A DNA stretch of 32,000 bases from Blochmannia endosymbiont of Camponotus modoc (GTDB taxonomy: Bacteria; Pseudomonadota; Gammaproteobacteria; Enterobacterales; Enterobacteriaceae): positions 360,001-392,000 of the forward strand of contig NZ_CP097765.1 of assembly GCF_023585785.1 (NCBI RefSeq), in the 5' to 3' direction. Both the position numbers and the translations under genes were made by a program. Within the stretch, counting starts at the first letter, position 1, and each line of letters begins with the position of its first letter. Below the pieces are notes generated by a model that saw nothing but the letters and a program-made list of their open reading frames with translations, searched no databases and had not been told where the DNA came from. Below, piece by piece: positions 9,724 to 22,807 of the stretch.

Positions 9724-11154
9724 TTATATCAAATTAATAATTGAATCAATAGGATAGTAATTCAATGCTTTTTGACCAAACCAATTGATTTTACTATGCA
9801 ATGACACGACATCGCCAATAACTAACAAAGCGGGATAATCAGCCATTTGTGCCAATTTTTCTAATTCAATTAAGGTCCCAATTAAAATTTTTTGATCTTG
9901 ATATGTCCCTCGACTAATTACGGCTACGGGAGTATGCATATCTCGCCCATGAATGATGAGATTATTCCTAATACTTATGGCATTAATCTTACCCATGTAA
10001 ATTACTAATGTCTGTTGATTGTTTGATAAACTGTTCCAATTAAATTGATTATTGCCACTTGTATTGTGTCCTGTAATAAAAATAACGCTATGAGCATATT
10101 TTCTATGAGTTAAAGGAATGCCAGAATAAGCCGCAACACCGATTCCTGCTGTAATACCAGGAACTACTTGAAAAGAAATACCTGCTTCTGATATTGCTTG
10201 TAATTCCTCTCCGCCCCGTCCAAAAATAAATGGATCTCCTCCTTTCAATCTAACGACTTTATTTCCTTGTCGTGCTAATTGTACTATAAATTGATTGAGT
10301 TTTTTTTGAGAAATTAGACGATTTCCAACACGTTTTCCAACACAAATTTTATCGGCATCGCGCCGGGCTAAATCTAAAATATCTGAATTTATTAAATAAT
10401 CATATAGTATAATATCTGCTTGTTGTATTACTTGCAATCCTCTGATAGTTAACAATCCTATATCTCCGGGCCCCGCTCCTACTAACGTAACATGACCTTT
10501 TTTATTATTCTTATTATTTCCAGAATTGTTAAGCGCATAGTTAAAAACTTTATTGGCTTCTTTAGGGCGACCTCGTTCTATTAAGGTAGCAACGTGCCCA
10601 TTATAAAATATTTTCTCCCAAAACTGACGCCTGAGTACTGTATCTATAATATGCTGTTTTACTTGATTACGCCATGCTCCTGCCAACTTTGCTACGAATC
10701 CAAGAGACTGTGGTAATAACAATTCAAGTTTTTCACGTAAAATACGCACTAAAATAGGTGCTTTTCCACAAGAAGAAATTCCTATTAAAATAGGATTACG
10801 ATCGACAATAGCAGGAAAAATAAATGAACATTTATTCTTGTCATCCACAGTATTTATTAAAATATTATGTTTTTCAGCATTTTGGTATATTAAAGTATTT
10901 AATTTAGAATCATTGGTTGCTACAATTACTAAAATTACTTTATCTAACATAATAGGTTGAAAATTTTTACTAATCCAACTGATATTTTGCGTAATTAAAA
11001 ACTTTTTTAATTCTGTACAAAGAGCGGGCGCTACTATTGTAATAGCAGCGCCCGCTCTTTGTAGCATTTGTATTTTGCGCGCAGCAACAGTACCTCCCCC
11101 AACTACTAACACTGGCCTATTTTTGAGATCAATAAATATTGGTAAATATTCCAT
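9724..11154 (-). CDS. cysG: siroheme synthase (uroporphyrinogen-III methyltransferase / precorrin-2 dehydrogenase / sirohydrochlorin ferrochelatase)
   Basis: The 476-aa ORF starts [27 protein letters not shown] (E. coli: [27 protein letters not shown]). The SUMT half has [25 protein letters not shown] and VVPGITA. There is an N/K-rich insert ([11 protein letters not shown], about nt 10498-10530) at the junction of the two domains. Confidence 0.95.
   Translation of the reverse strand: MEYLPIFIDLKNRPVLVVGGGTVAARKIQMLQRAGAAITIVAPALCTELKKFLITQNISWISKNFQPIMLDKVILVIVATNDSKLNTLIYQNAEKHNILINTVDDKNKCSFIFPAIVDRNPILIGISSCGKAPILVRILREKLELLLPQSLGFVAKLAGAWRNQVKQHIIDTVLRRQFWEKIFYNGHVATLIERGRPKEANKVFNYALNNSGNNKNNKKGHVTLVGAGPGDIGLLTIRGLQVIQQADIILYDYLINSDILDLARRDADKICVGKRVGNRLISQKKLNQFIVQLARQGNKVVRLKGGDPFIFGRGGEELQAISEAGISFQVVPGITAGIGVAAYSGIPLTHRKYAHSVIFITGHNTSGNNQFNWNSLSNNQQTLVIYMGKINAISIRNNLIIHGRDMHTPVAVISRGTYQDQKILIGTLIELEKLAQMADYPALLVIGDVVSLHSKINWFGQKALNYYPIDSIINLI
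11016..11063. repeat. 48-bp near-perfect GC-rich palindrome inside the cysG coding sequence (codons 31-47)
   Basis: The plus strand reads TACAAAGAGCGGGCGCTACTATT-GT-AATAGCAGCGCCCGCTCTTTGTA. The arms are 23 nt, 22/23 complementary (one A/C mismatch at 11033/11046), and 11 of the 22 pairs are G:C. Confidence 0.9.
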
Positions 11155-11350
11155 AGTATTATGTGATGCTTAAGTAATAATAAATATTAAAAAATTTTTA
11201 ATGTACATATAATATAATTATACAATCACAAAAATTATAATTATGAATAATAGTTCATATTTTTCATTTTTTTAAATTTCATGCTCTACAATTATAAACA
11301 TATATACTAAGATATTTTAATAATGACTAAAATATGAGAACACATACTAT

Positions 11351-11368
11351 TCAACAGTATACTGTTGA
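11351..11368. repeat. perfect 18-bp palindrome TCAACAGTATACTGTTGA in the cysH-cysG spacer
   Basis: Read directly. It lies 88 nt downstream of the cysH stop and about 200 nt upstream of the cysG start. No U-run follows on either strand. Confidence 0.7.
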
Positions 11369-11455
11369 CAACTACCCATATTGTCCTGGAGGATATTATC
11401 ATATAGTAATACAAATAAAGTTTAATCACATAAATATTTCATATAAATAATAAAT

Positions 11456-12217
11456 TCACTCAATAATATGTAAACCACATTCACGTTGTAGTCCAAAAAA
11501 ACGTGTATCTTCTTCTTTCATACCAGGTTCCCATTTTCTGCTAGTATGTACATCTCCTATTGATACATAACCTTGTTGCCACAATGGATGATATTCCAAA
11601 GAATGTTTTTCAATGTATCTATGAATCTGAAGAGAATTCCAATCAATGATAGGTAGGAATTTAAAAATTCCATTTTGAATGGTTATTATTGGCAATTTTT
11701 TACGACTATTTGATTGATGTCTCCTTAAGCCTGCAATCCATGTTTCCGCTTTCAGCGTCCTTAGAGCACGATGCATAGGTTCAACTTTGTTAATAGAATT
11801 GTATTGTTGGATTCCTTTTATACCCTGTGTCCATAATTTACCATATCGTGCTTCTTGCCATGCTGCAGATTGATTCGGAGAAAATACATGTAAATTTAAT
11901 CGCATTTTTTCTGTTAATCGATCGATAAATCGATATGTTTCTGGAAATAAATAACCAGTATCAATTAAAATAATCGGAATATTAGGATAATAATGAGTGG
12001 TTAAATGTAAACTGACTGACGATTGAATACCAAAACTCGAAGACAATATTGCTTGTTTAGGTAAATATTCTATAGCCCATGTGAACCTATCTACCGTATT
12101 TAAAGATTCTAAATATTGATTTATTTTAGCTAAAATCAATTTTTGTTCATTAATGTTTAGTGAATTGAGTTCTGCAAAAGTCCAGCAATGATTAATAACG
12201 TTTAATAGTTTATTCAT
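11456..12217 (-). CDS. cysH: phosphoadenosine phosphosulfate (PAPS) reductase
   Basis: The 253-aa ORF is collinear with E. coli CysH and has the C-terminal RECGLH motif. Its start overlaps the cysI stop by 8 nt (ATGAATAA). Confidence 0.95.
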   Translation of the reverse strand: MNKLLNVINHCWTFAELNSLNINEQKLILAKINQYLESLNTVDRFTWAIEYLPKQAILSSSFGIQSSVSLHLTTHYYPNIPIILIDTGYLFPETYRFIDRLTEKMRLNLHVFSPNQSAAWQEARYGKLWTQGIKGIQQYNSINKVEPMHRALRTLKAETWIAGLRRHQSNSRKKLPIITIQNGIFKFLPIIDWNSLQIHRYIEKHSLEYHPLWQQGYVSIGDVHTSRKWEPGMKEEDTRFFGLQRECGLHIIE

Positions 12218-13937
12218 AAAAATCTTTTTCAGAATTTATAACGGCATTAACTATCCCAGATCTTACTACATAATCTCCATAAGATTCTTGATTATTTCTC
12301 TCTTGTGCCCAACGACTAATAGTCATATCGAGAATATTTAAAATATCATTTTCCGTGATATTTTCTTTGTACAATCGAGGAATACGCGTACCGATATTAT
12401 TACCTCCTAAATAAAGATTATAACGCCCAATTGATCTTCCTGTTAATCCAATTTCTGATAACATCGCTCGAGCACAACTGTTAGGACAACCTGTTACTCG
12501 TAAAATAATAGCATCTTTTTCTAATCTATATTTTGACATGATATTTTCTATCTTAGTAACAAATTTTGGTAAAAATCGTTCTGCTTCTGCCATCGCCAAT
12601 GGACAAGTAGGAAACGCTACACACGCCATAGATGCTTTTCGTTGCGGCGTAATATCATCATTGATTACACCATATTTTCTCAATGTACTTTCAACCATTA
12701 ATTTATTGTCCTTAGATACTCCAGAAATAATTAAATTTTGATTTGCAGTCAATCTAAAAGAACCTGAATGTATTTGTGCAACTTCTGCAATCCCACGTTT
12801 TAACAGCTTATGGGGATCATTATTTGATATTCTGCCGTTTTCTATAAATAGAGTAAGATGCCAATAATCATCAATACCCTGTACCCATCCAAATCGATCT
12901 CCTCTATCCGTGAATACATAAGGATGAATTGGATGAAATTTTACTCCAGAACGACGTTCAACTTCTGATTTAAATGTTGTCACTCCAACTCGAGTCAAAG
13001 TATACTTTGTTTTAGCATGTCTACGATCAGATCTATCTCCCCAGTCTCTTTGTATTGTAACTACTGCTTCTGCAATTTTTAAAACATCTTTTTTAGAAAT
13101 ATATCCAAATGCGCTAGCTTTACGAGGATATGTGGTAATATCTCCGTAAGTCATCGCTAATCCTCCGCCTACTAATACATTAAAACCAATTATTTGATCA
13201 GTGTTTTCGCTTCTGATAGCAATAAAACTAAGATCATTAGCATGAACATCTACATCATTTATAGGTGGTATCGCAATTGCTATTTTAAATTTACGGGGTA
13301 AATAAGTAGCGCTTAAAATTGGCTCAGAATCTGTAGATTCTGTTTTTTTTGAACCTAACCAAATTTCTGCATATGCATTGGATTTCGGCAGTAAATATGA
13401 AGAAATACTTTTCGCCAATTCCCATACCTGATAATGTAATGTTGATTCCATAGGATTAGCCGTGCATATTACATTACGATTTACATCTCCAGCAGTAGCT
13501 ATAGAATCTAATCCCAATTGATTCAATAAACGATGCACATTTTTCAAGTTAGGTTTTAATAAACCATGTAGTTGAAAGGTTTGTCGAGTAGTAAGACGTA
13601 TCGTGCCATATAAAGTATATTTTTCTGAAAAATCATCGATAGCCAACCATTGTGTCGGCATAATCACGCCACCCGGTAAACGACAACGTAACATCATATT
13701 GATTAGTGGTTCTAATTTTTGATTTGCTCGTTCTACACGTACATCGCGATCATCCTGTTGATACATTCCATGAAATCTGATTAATTGAGCATCTTCTGTA
13801 TTAAATCCACCGGTTAAATTATTATCTAAATTTTGAGCAATAGTGCCTCTTAGAAAGTTACTTTCTTGTTTGATTCGCTCATTATCGGATAATAACGGTA
13901 TACTTTGATCATTGTTATTATTATATTTTTTGTTCAT
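12210..13937 (-). CDS. cysI: sulfite reductase (NADPH) hemoprotein beta-component
   Basis: The 575-aa ORF has the siroheme/4Fe-4S cysteine clusters [16 protein letters not shown] and [11 protein letters not shown]. Its start shares one base with the cysJ stop (TAATG). Confidence 0.96.
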   Translation of the reverse strand: MNKKYNNNNDQSIPLLSDNERIKQESNFLRGTIAQNLDNNLTGGFNTEDAQLIRFHGMYQQDDRDVRVERANQKLEPLINMMLRCRLPGGVIMPTQWLAIDDFSEKYTLYGTIRLTTRQTFQLHGLLKPNLKNVHRLLNQLGLDSIATAGDVNRNVICTANPMESTLHYQVWELAKSISSYLLPKSNAYAEIWLGSKKTESTDSEPILSATYLPRKFKIAIAIPPINDVDVHANDLSFIAIRSENTDQIIGFNVLVGGGLAMTYGDITTYPRKASAFGYISKKDVLKIAEAVVTIQRDWGDRSDRRHAKTKYTLTRVGVTTFKSEVERRSGVKFHPIHPYVFTDRGDRFGWVQGIDDYWHLTLFIENGRISNNDPHKLLKRGIAEVAQIHSGSFRLTANQNLIISGVSKDNKLMVESTLRKYGVINDDITPQRKASMACVAFPTCPLAMAEAERFLPKFVTKIENIMSKYRLEKDAIILRVTGCPNSCARAMLSEIGLTGRSIGRYNLYLGGNNIGTRIPRLYKENITENDILNILDMTISRWAQERNNQESYGDYVVRSGIVNAVINSEKDFYE

Positions 13938-15757
13938 TAGTAAATATCTCTCTGATAACGATGTTGTATCCGCATGTTATGCCAAAATTCATCCGCTTTA
14001 TCTAAATCCATACTCCCGTGTTTAGATGCTAACATAACTAAAGCCTTATTTACATCTTGAGCCATATGTTTAGCATCGCCACATACATAAATATGAGCTC
14101 CTTCTTGAATCCATGACCAAAGCTCTACGCTATTCTTTAATAATTTGTTTTGTACATAAATCTTATCATTTTGATCTCTGGACCAAGCTGTATCAATTTT
14201 GGTTAATAAACCATCTCTGAAATAACGTTGCCATTCAATTTGATAAAGAAAATCATCTGTAAATCTTAAATTTCCAAAAAATAACCAGTTTTTTCCTGAT
14301 GCACTGTCTGCAGATCTTTGTTGCATAAAAGCACGAAACGGAGCAATACCTGTTCCGGCTCCAATCATAATTACTGGAACATTAGAATTTTTTGGTAGTC
14401 TAAAATTATTATTAGGTTCAATAAAAATACGTATTTTTTCATTTTCTTTTATGCGATCTACTAAATAACCACTAGCACCACCTGTTCTAAAACGTTTATT
14501 TGTCTTATAACGTACTACACTTACAGTAATATGTACTTCATCTCCTACCTCTGATTGAGCGGAAGAAATAGAATAGAATCGGGGTTTCATAGGGCGTAAT
14601 ACTTGCAATAACTCTTGCGGAGTTATTGCAATTGATACACGATGCATCATTTCAATAATAGGCGTAGTTAAAATAAATTTATTTAATTTTTCTGAATTGC
14701 AGAATAAATCCAACAACATTTTATCTTGAGTAATAGTGGCTATATTTTTTACAACAAAGGAAGTATTATGAGTTAATTCGTAATGTTTCTGTAATGCTTC
14801 ACTAAGAGACATTGGTGCTTCTTGAACCCGTACTTGTTCTGTTCCTTTAAATCTTAATAATTCTAGTAACTCATTAATAAGATTAGGATCATTTTCATAC
14901 CACACTCCTAACGCATCTCCTGGTTGATAATGTAAATCAGAATCAGCAAGATCTATCTCTAAATGATGCACATCTTTAAGTGAATCACGACTAGTAATTT
15001 TGTATCGGGTTGATAAACAAGCAATTAATGGATATTCTTTATTATATACAGTGTGATTTACTTGTTTAAGATTACAACTTTTATTATTTTGATTAAATAT
15101 GGAAGTAGATATTCTTTTATTTTTTAATAAAAAAACTATTTTTTTTCTCCATACATTAGCTTCTTCTGTAAAATCGATATCGACGTCGACTCGATCGCAT
15201 AATCGATGCGCTCCAAGCTCTTCTAATCGGTGATCAAAATCTTTGCCAGCTTTAGCAAAATATTCATATGACCGATCTCCAAAACTAAATACCGCAAAAT
15301 GAGTATTTGGCATTTTAACTGCTTTATTGGAAAATAAATACCTGTATAACGCAATTGCTTCTTCTGGAGGTTCTCCCTCTCCATAAGTAGAAGTAATAAT
15401 AATTAATAATGTTTCTTTAGAAATCTTCTTAAATTTGTAATCTCCAGCATTGAACAACATGACATCCATATTAATTGCATGAATATCATCGCGTAATTTC
15501 TCAGCTAATTGACGTGCATTTCCAGTTTGAGAAGCAGATATTAAGGTAATTGTTTTATTAAGACAAACACCTTCTATTTTAGTGTTTTCAGAAAAATCAG
15601 TTATTTTATTAGTTTCTGCAACACTTGCCAATCCCCATAAATATCCAGATATCCAAATCAGTTGAGAACTGGACAAAGTAACTAAAAATGATCGAATATA
15701 ATCTAACTGTTCCGAAGTTAACGGTGTTATTTCGTTATGTGCTGTTTTTTTTATCAT
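13937..15757 (-). CDS. cysJ: sulfite reductase (NADPH) flavoprotein alpha-component
   Basis: The 606-aa ORF has a flavodoxin-like FMN domain ([28 protein letters not shown]). It also has an FAD/NADPH domain ([28 protein letters not shown]) and the C-terminal YQRDIY. Confidence 0.96.
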   Translation of the reverse strand: MIKKTAHNEITPLTSEQLDYIRSFLVTLSSSQLIWISGYLWGLASVAETNKITDFSENTKIEGVCLNKTITLISASQTGNARQLAEKLRDDIHAINMDVMLFNAGDYKFKKISKETLLIIITSTYGEGEPPEEAIALYRYLFSNKAVKMPNTHFAVFSFGDRSYEYFAKAGKDFDHRLEELGAHRLCDRVDVDIDFTEEANVWRKKIVFLLKNKRISTSIFNQNNKSCNLKQVNHTVYNKEYPLIACLSTRYKITSRDSLKDVHHLEIDLADSDLHYQPGDALGVWYENDPNLINELLELLRFKGTEQVRVQEAPMSLSEALQKHYELTHNTSFVVKNIATITQDKMLLDLFCNSEKLNKFILTTPIIEMMHRVSIAITPQELLQVLRPMKPRFYSISSAQSEVGDEVHITVSVVRYKTNKRFRTGGASGYLVDRIKENEKIRIFIEPNNNFRLPKNSNVPVIMIGAGTGIAPFRAFMQQRSADSASGKNWLFFGNLRFTDDFLYQIEWQRYFRDGLLTKIDTAWSRDQNDKIYVQNKLLKNSVELWSWIQEGAHIYVCGDAKHMAQDVNKALVMLASKHGSMDLDKADEFWHNMRIQHRYQRDIY

Positions 15758-16324
15758 TAAATTAAACTACTTAATTTGTTGCACAAATAACAAATCTTAC
15801 AATTTGATAAGGATGTGCATCTTTTTAAAATATTGATATGCCTATATAACCCAATTTATCTGGGTATTAAACAATACGAATTACTAATGTATATAAACAA
15901 ACTTAATTTTAAAAATTTTTTAGATCTTATTAAAAAAAATACTTTTTGAAAATTATTTCTTGTTATATTAAAACAATATAAACTGCAATAAAACATAAAA
16001 CGCACATACTTCAAAAAATCTGTTATTATAGTAGCAATGTAAAATATATGCAGTATAATCAATTATTCATTTTTTGAAATTAATAAGAAACAGTTTACAA
16101 CACAATACACAAAAGACACATTAAGAATTAACTATATTACTCGTATATATATTTATATAAATTATTGTTTAGATCACATCAAAAACACGTAAATTAATTA
16201 CTTTTTAACTAATGCTCTATGTTCATATAGAATATACAAATTGTTTCATCTTTTAATTTTTCTATAAAAAATATTCTTTTGTCTATTTTTTTTATATATA
16301 TAATATACTGAATTACAGCATCAA

Positions 16325-17623
16325 CTATGACATAAGTTTACTTTTGAATCTATACAATACTCCCTTTTTTCCTAACATTTCTTCTATACGAATTAGTTGA
16401 TTGTATTTAGCTACTCGTTCAGAACAACGTACAGGTCCAGTTTTTATTTGACCTGAAGAGGTACCTACGGCTATGTCAGCAATGCTTGTATCTTCAGTTT
16501 CTCCGGAACGATGTGAAATAATTGTACCGTAACCTGCATTTTTAGCTACTCTAATCGTATCTAGTGTTTCAGTTAAAGACCCTATCTGATTGCATTTAAT
16601 TAAAATAGAATTTGCAATATTTCGATTAATACCGATTTGTAATAAATTGATATTAGTTACAAACAAGTCATCTCCTATTAGTTGAATTTTATTACCCAGA
16701 ACTTTGGTTTGGTAAGCAAATCCATCCCAATCGTATTCGCTCTGTCCATCTTCAATAGAAACTATCGAGTATTTTTGTGCTAATGACGATAAATAATAAG
16801 TAAATTCTTCAGAAGTAAAAAACTTTTTTTCACTTTTTATGTTATACTTGTTGGTGGATGTATCAAATAATTCAGATGCAGCACAATCTATTGCTAGGAC
16901 AATATCTTCTTTTAAAATATAACCGGACTGTTCTATAGATTCTTTTATTAATTCTAATGCAGTGGCATGAGAATTAAGATTAGGAGCATATCCACCTTCG
17001 TCGCCTAATTGCGTGGATATTCCTTTATTATTTAATATTACTTTTAAATTATGTGATATTTCAGATCCCATCTGAATTGCTTCTTTGATGGTTTTTGCTC
17101 CAATCGGGATAATCATAAATTCCTGAATATCTAAATTATTATCAGCATGCTTACCACCATTAATAATATTCATCATAGGGAGCGGTATAACAAATGTATT
17201 TTTTGGCGCATCATACAAATCAGAAATATGCTGATATAATGGAACATTTTTAAATGCCGAAGCTGCTTTTGCAACTGCTAAAGAAACACTCAAGATAGCA
17301 TTAGCACCAAATTTTGATTTATTACTGGTTCCATCCAAATCAATCATAATAGTATCAATAACACGTTGTTGCGTTACATCCATACCTATTAATGCTTTAT
17401 GAATGGGTCCATTTACAGCGTTGACCGCTTTTGTTACTCCTTTTCCAAAAAACCGATTGATATTATTATCTCTTAACTCTAAAGCTTCTTGAGAACCAAC
17501 AGATGCTCCAGACGGAACAGATGCTAATCTAGAACCACTTTTAATATATACTTCGGTCTCTACTGTTGGATTACCACGAGAATCAATAACTTCACGTCCA
17601 ACAATATTCAAAATCTTAGGCAT
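16325..17623 (-). CDS. eno: enolase
   Basis: The 432-aa ORF has [39 protein letters not shown] and GQIKTG. AAGGAA lies 7 nt upstream of the ATG. Confidence 0.97.
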   Translation of the reverse strand: MPKILNIVGREVIDSRGNPTVETEVYIKSGSRLASVPSGASVGSQEALELRDNNINRFFGKGVTKAVNAVNGPIHKALIGMDVTQQRVIDTIMIDLDGTSNKSKFGANAILSVSLAVAKAASAFKNVPLYQHISDLYDAPKNTFVIPLPMMNIINGGKHADNNLDIQEFMIIPIGAKTIKEAIQMGSEISHNLKVILNNKGISTQLGDEGGYAPNLNSHATALELIKESIEQSGYILKEDIVLAIDCAASELFDTSTNKYNIKSEKKFFTSEEFTYYLSSLAQKYSIVSIEDGQSEYDWDGFAYQTKVLGNKIQLIGDDLFVTNINLLQIGINRNIANSILIKCNQIGSLTETLDTIRVAKNAGYGTIISHRSGETEDTSIADIAVGTSSGQIKTGPVRCSERVAKYNQLIRIEEMLGKKGVLYRFKSKLMS

Positions 17624-17699
17624 TTTTATTTCCTTTATGAATTAATCTTGATTTTCATACGAACCCAAAAATAATATCATAAACATTGACTCGTATGTA

Positions 17700-19349
<1,650 letters not shown>

Positions 19350-19775
19350 TCAATCCAAATTATACATTTAATTTTTCACGGTTTAAAATTTTTCTATGAT
19401 CATGGCGAATTATTAGTTAAATAAGTAATTATTTATATGCTTATTTTTATTTTTAGAATAAAATTCTTATCATTCCTAGATGTTCTGCAAATTTTATAAT
19501 TAATAAATGAATTATTCGTTTGCAAATAAGACATTTAAAAATTACACAACTTGGCCATAAAAAATCGATAACAGTACCAGCATTGAGTATCATGACATTA
19601 CACAATCTTTTGCAACAAAACGCAATATTCACTCACTATATAGAGTAGTCGCAGTAACAACTTTCAATACTTGAAGTGTATACTATACAAAACACGATGT
19701 ATATATATGATACAAACTTTAATATAATAATATTTGATGAACATAATTATAGTAAAATATAACATTTTTGACTAT

Positions 19776-20129
19776 TTATACACTGAAAGAAGAACCGCAA
19801 CTACAAGTATTTTTGGCATTTGGATTTATTACAACAAATCGAGACCCTTCTAATCCTTCATAATAATCTATAATACCTCCAAACAAATATTGCAGGCTCA
19901 TAGGATCTATTACTAAAGTAGCACCGTTATTTTCTATAATACAATCATCGCTAGAAATTTTATCATCTAAAATAAAACCATATTGAAACCCACTACAACC
20001 TCCTCCTATAATATATACGCGCAATTTTAAATGTGAATTATTATTAAGTATTTCACTTTCAGTGAAATACTTTACTTTGCTGGCTGCAAAATCAGTCAAT
20101 TGTATAGGAAATTTTGCATCATTATTCAT
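19776..20129 (-). CDS. erpA: iron-sulfur cluster insertion (A-type carrier) protein ErpA
   Basis: The 117-aa ORF has [27 protein letters not shown] and [27 protein letters not shown], nearly identical in pattern to E. coli ErpA. Confidence 0.93.
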   Translation of the reverse strand: MNNDAKFPIQLTDFAASKVKYFTESEILNNNSHLKLRVYIIGGGCSGFQYGFILDDKISSDDCIIENNGATLVIDPMSLQYLFGGIIDYYEGLEGSRFVVINPNAKNTCSCGSSFSV

Positions 20130-20473
20130 AATTACTAACCTTTTATATCAAAGAAAAACATTATAATTCGTTTTGTAATAATTAATTAATCAATTTATAA
20201 TTTGAGCATATTTAATTTTATAAAAAATTAATCCATTAAAAAATTTATATAATTACCAAATATATGTTATATACAACGACATTATTTACAATTTATAAAT
20301 ATTTACTATATAAATAAATTGTATTTTATTAGGAAATATTTAAATATAATGTTATCAATCAACAATATTAAAATAGAATAAAAGTGACGTAAAGTATCAT
20401 TGAATGTTATTGCATAAATCGTACTTCTATTTTTCCAAACAATTAACAATTATTTATAGTAAAAATTATTTAT

Positions 20474-22807
20474 CTACTCATTTGTATTGCGAGTACCTTG
20501 TTCTTCTACGATATTTATCGATTGCTGATTATATGAGATTATTTTTGATTCTTTTAATGACTGAAATAATAATTGCCAATCATTCACCCACACTGGCAAA
20601 ACCTGACAATCAGTATTTTTGCTATCATGTAATGTAAAGTTACCACAATTATCTATAGGTATATTCTTAATACCACTAGGTAGTTCTAAATGTAAAGGAG
20701 TAGGATTTTTATGATCTAAATACAAATTATATAGAGTTAATGCGCCATTAGTACCTGTTAATTTAGTTCTTCCATTATTGTCACGTCCTATCCAAATCAC
20801 AGTTACTTCTGTGTCATCAATTCCAACAAACCAACTATCGCGAAGATCATTAGTAGTTCCGGTCTTTGCGGCTAACTGAGAACAAGGAAATTTTAAAGAT
20901 AAAATACGAGAAGTTCCTCGTGTTGCTACTTGTTGCATTGCATATAACGTTAAATAAGCTGCTTGAGGGAAAATAACACGCTCTGTCTTAATAAAATGTT
21001 GATATGATACTGTATCTTCTTCGTTCATAATATAACAAACAGATGATAAGGCAGAATATTGCCCGCCGCTAGCAATAGTTTGAAATTCTTGCGCGACTTC
21101 TATAGGTGTTAAACTAATGGATCCTAAAAGGATAGATGGAAAGGAAGAAATAAAATCAGGAGAAATGCCCAATTTTTTTAAAACATCAGAAATAGTGTCT
21201 AGTCCTATTGTCATGCCTAAATTAACAGTAGGTACATTGAGAGATTTAATAAAAGCATCAATAAGAGTGACCTTGCCTCGAAATTTTCGGTCATAATTTT
21301 TAGGGGACCAAATTACTCCATTTGGTTGTTGTAAATGAATAGGCTCATCAGCAATCCATGTATTGAGGTGATATTTATCAGGATGACTTAAAGCTGCTAA
21401 ATAAATTGCCGGTTTTGCTAATGAACCTATAGAACGACGAGCATGCATAGCACGATTAAATCCAGAAAAATGGGGAGCAGATCCTCCTACCATAGCTCGT
21501 ATTTTTCCATTAAATCGATCTACTACAACTATGGCTCCTTCTAAATCTTTTACATTATAACAATGCCTTAATTTATGAATACCTAATTTCATTGCCTGTT
21601 CTGCTGCTTTTTGAGAAATAGGATCTAACGTAGTAAATATTTTTATTCCAGAAAAATCATTGATTCCATCAATATTTTGTATTTCTTCATTTACCATTTG
21701 TGTAAAAGCAGGTTGTAAAATTAATATCTCATCCTTTGGCTGTGTTCCTAAAGGTCGCGCGCTAAGAATAGCACATATTTTTTTATCAATAATATTTCTA
21801 TGTTCTAACAATTTGAGTATTAAATTGCGACGTTCCAGTGTTATGTGTGGATTTTTCCAGGGATTATATAAAGACGCGCCTTTTATCATCCCCACTAACA
21901 TTGCTTGTTGATCTATACTTAATTCATTTATCGGTCGACCAAAATAATAAAAACTAGCTAAAGGAAATCCATGAATCTGATCATTTCCGTTTTGACCAAA
22001 ATATATTTCATTCAAATATAATTCAAGAATGCGATCCTTACTATATCGATGATCAAAAATTAAAGCCATATAGGCTTCATTAAATTTACGCCACAATGAT
22101 CGTGTATTATTTAAAAATAAATTTTTTACCAATTGTTGCGTTAAAGTACTTCCGCCTTGTACAGTACGACCAGAAAAAACATTTGCTAAAAAAGCGCGAC
22201 CAATAGAAGATATTTGAATACCATCATGCTGATAAAAATAACGATCTTCAACAGCTAATAACATATCTATTAATATATCTGGAAACTTTGATCTTGGCAT
22301 AAATAATCTTTGCTGCTTATTGGGAGCATATAAAATAGATATGATCTTGGGATCAAATCGAAATAAACCAAAATTATTCTTTGTGTCTTGATTGTAAATG
22401 CGGAGTAATTTTTTTTGATTAAAAAAAAAGGATACATGCATTGCTCCTTCTTCTCCACTTGGAAAATTAAAAGACCTACGAAACAACTCAATGTCATTAT
22501 TATGTACAACAAATTCTCCTGAATGAGTAATTTTAGAGACTTGACGATACTGTAACGTCTCCAATAAATGAATTATATCATTTTTATTATACGACATATT
22601 AGGTTCTACATTAATCATACGGCTATAAATAATCGTAGGTAGTTTCCAAACCTTCCCATCAATACGACTTTGAACCTTCTTATCTAAAAATATTCCATAC
22701 ACTACAATTAAAATGATAATAAAGAAAAAAAAGCATATTACAGTATATAAAAAAAATAAAGCTCGTTGCACAATGACAGAATGATACTTATATGGTAATT
22801 GATTCAT
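20474..22807 (-). CDS. mrcB: penicillin-binding protein 1B (bifunctional peptidoglycan glycosyltransferase/transpeptidase)
   Basis: GT51 motifs [10 protein letters not shown] and GGSTLTQQ are present, as is a UB2H-like segment ([30 protein letters not shown]). The transpeptidase motifs SIGSLAKP (SxxK), SLN and KTGTT are also present, collinear with E. coli PBP1b. The ORF track starts at a TTG at 22855; I prefer the ATG at 22807 ([16 protein letters not shown], then the TM helix). The long acidic/basic cytoplasmic tail of E. coli PBP1b is absent. Confidence 0.93.
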   Translation of the reverse strand: MNQLPYKYHSVIVQRALFFLYTVICFFFFIIILIVVYGIFLDKKVQSRIDGKVWKLPTIIYSRMINVEPNMSYNKNDIIHLLETLQYRQVSKITHSGEFVVHNNDIELFRRSFNFPSGEEGAMHVSFFFNQKKLLRIYNQDTKNNFGLFRFDPKIISILYAPNKQQRLFMPRSKFPDILIDMLLAVEDRYFYQHDGIQISSIGRAFLANVFSGRTVQGGSTLTQQLVKNLFLNNTRSLWRKFNEAYMALIFDHRYSKDRILELYLNEIYFGQNGNDQIHGFPLASFYYFGRPINELSIDQQAMLVGMIKGASLYNPWKNPHITLERRNLILKLLEHRNIIDKKICAILSARPLGTQPKDEILILQPAFTQMVNEEIQNIDGINDFSGIKIFTTLDPISQKAAEQAMKLGIHKLRHCYNVKDLEGAIVVVDRFNGKIRAMVGGSAPHFSGFNRAMHARRSIGSLAKPAIYLAALSHPDKYHLNTWIADEPIHLQQPNGVIWSPKNYDRKFRGKVTLIDAFIKSLNVPTVNLGMTIGLDTISDVLKKLGISPDFISSFPSILLGSISLTPIEVAQEFQTIASGGQYSALSSVCYIMNEEDTVSYQHFIKTERVIFPQAAYLTLYAMQQVATRGTSRILSLKFPCSQLAAKTGTTNDLRDSWFVGIDDTEVTVIWIGRDNNGRTKLTGTNGALTLYNLYLDHKNPTPLHLELPSGIKNIPIDNCGNFTLHDSKNTDCQVLPVWVNDWQLLFQSLKESKIISYNQQSINIVEEQGTRNTNE

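Noticed and set aside
11155-11455. Searched for CRISPR repeats or cas remnants, because the cysD-cysH interval hosts CRISPR-Cas in E. coli K-12
   Set aside because: There are no direct repeats of 20-40 nt, no spacer-repeat periodicity and no ORFs. The interval holds only cysG plus an AT-rich spacer with one palindrome.
15171-15210. Dense ATCGAT/GTCGAC/TCGACGTCGA palindromic motifs inside cysJ
   Set aside because: These are explained by the repetitive peptide DRVDVDIDF (GAT/GAC/GTC/ATC codons). The longest palindrome is only 10 bp.
15856-16062. 68-aa minus-strand ORF between eno and cysJ. The same judgement applies to 24148-24351 (67 aa), 31810-31998 (62 aa), 20404-20637 (77 aa) and 6233-6442 (69 aa).
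   Set aside because: All are low-complexity hydrophobic/basic translations of AT-rich spacer or of the antisense strand of gene ends. None has an SD or family-like motif. Their lengths are within what is expected when TAA/TAG/TGA happen to be missed.
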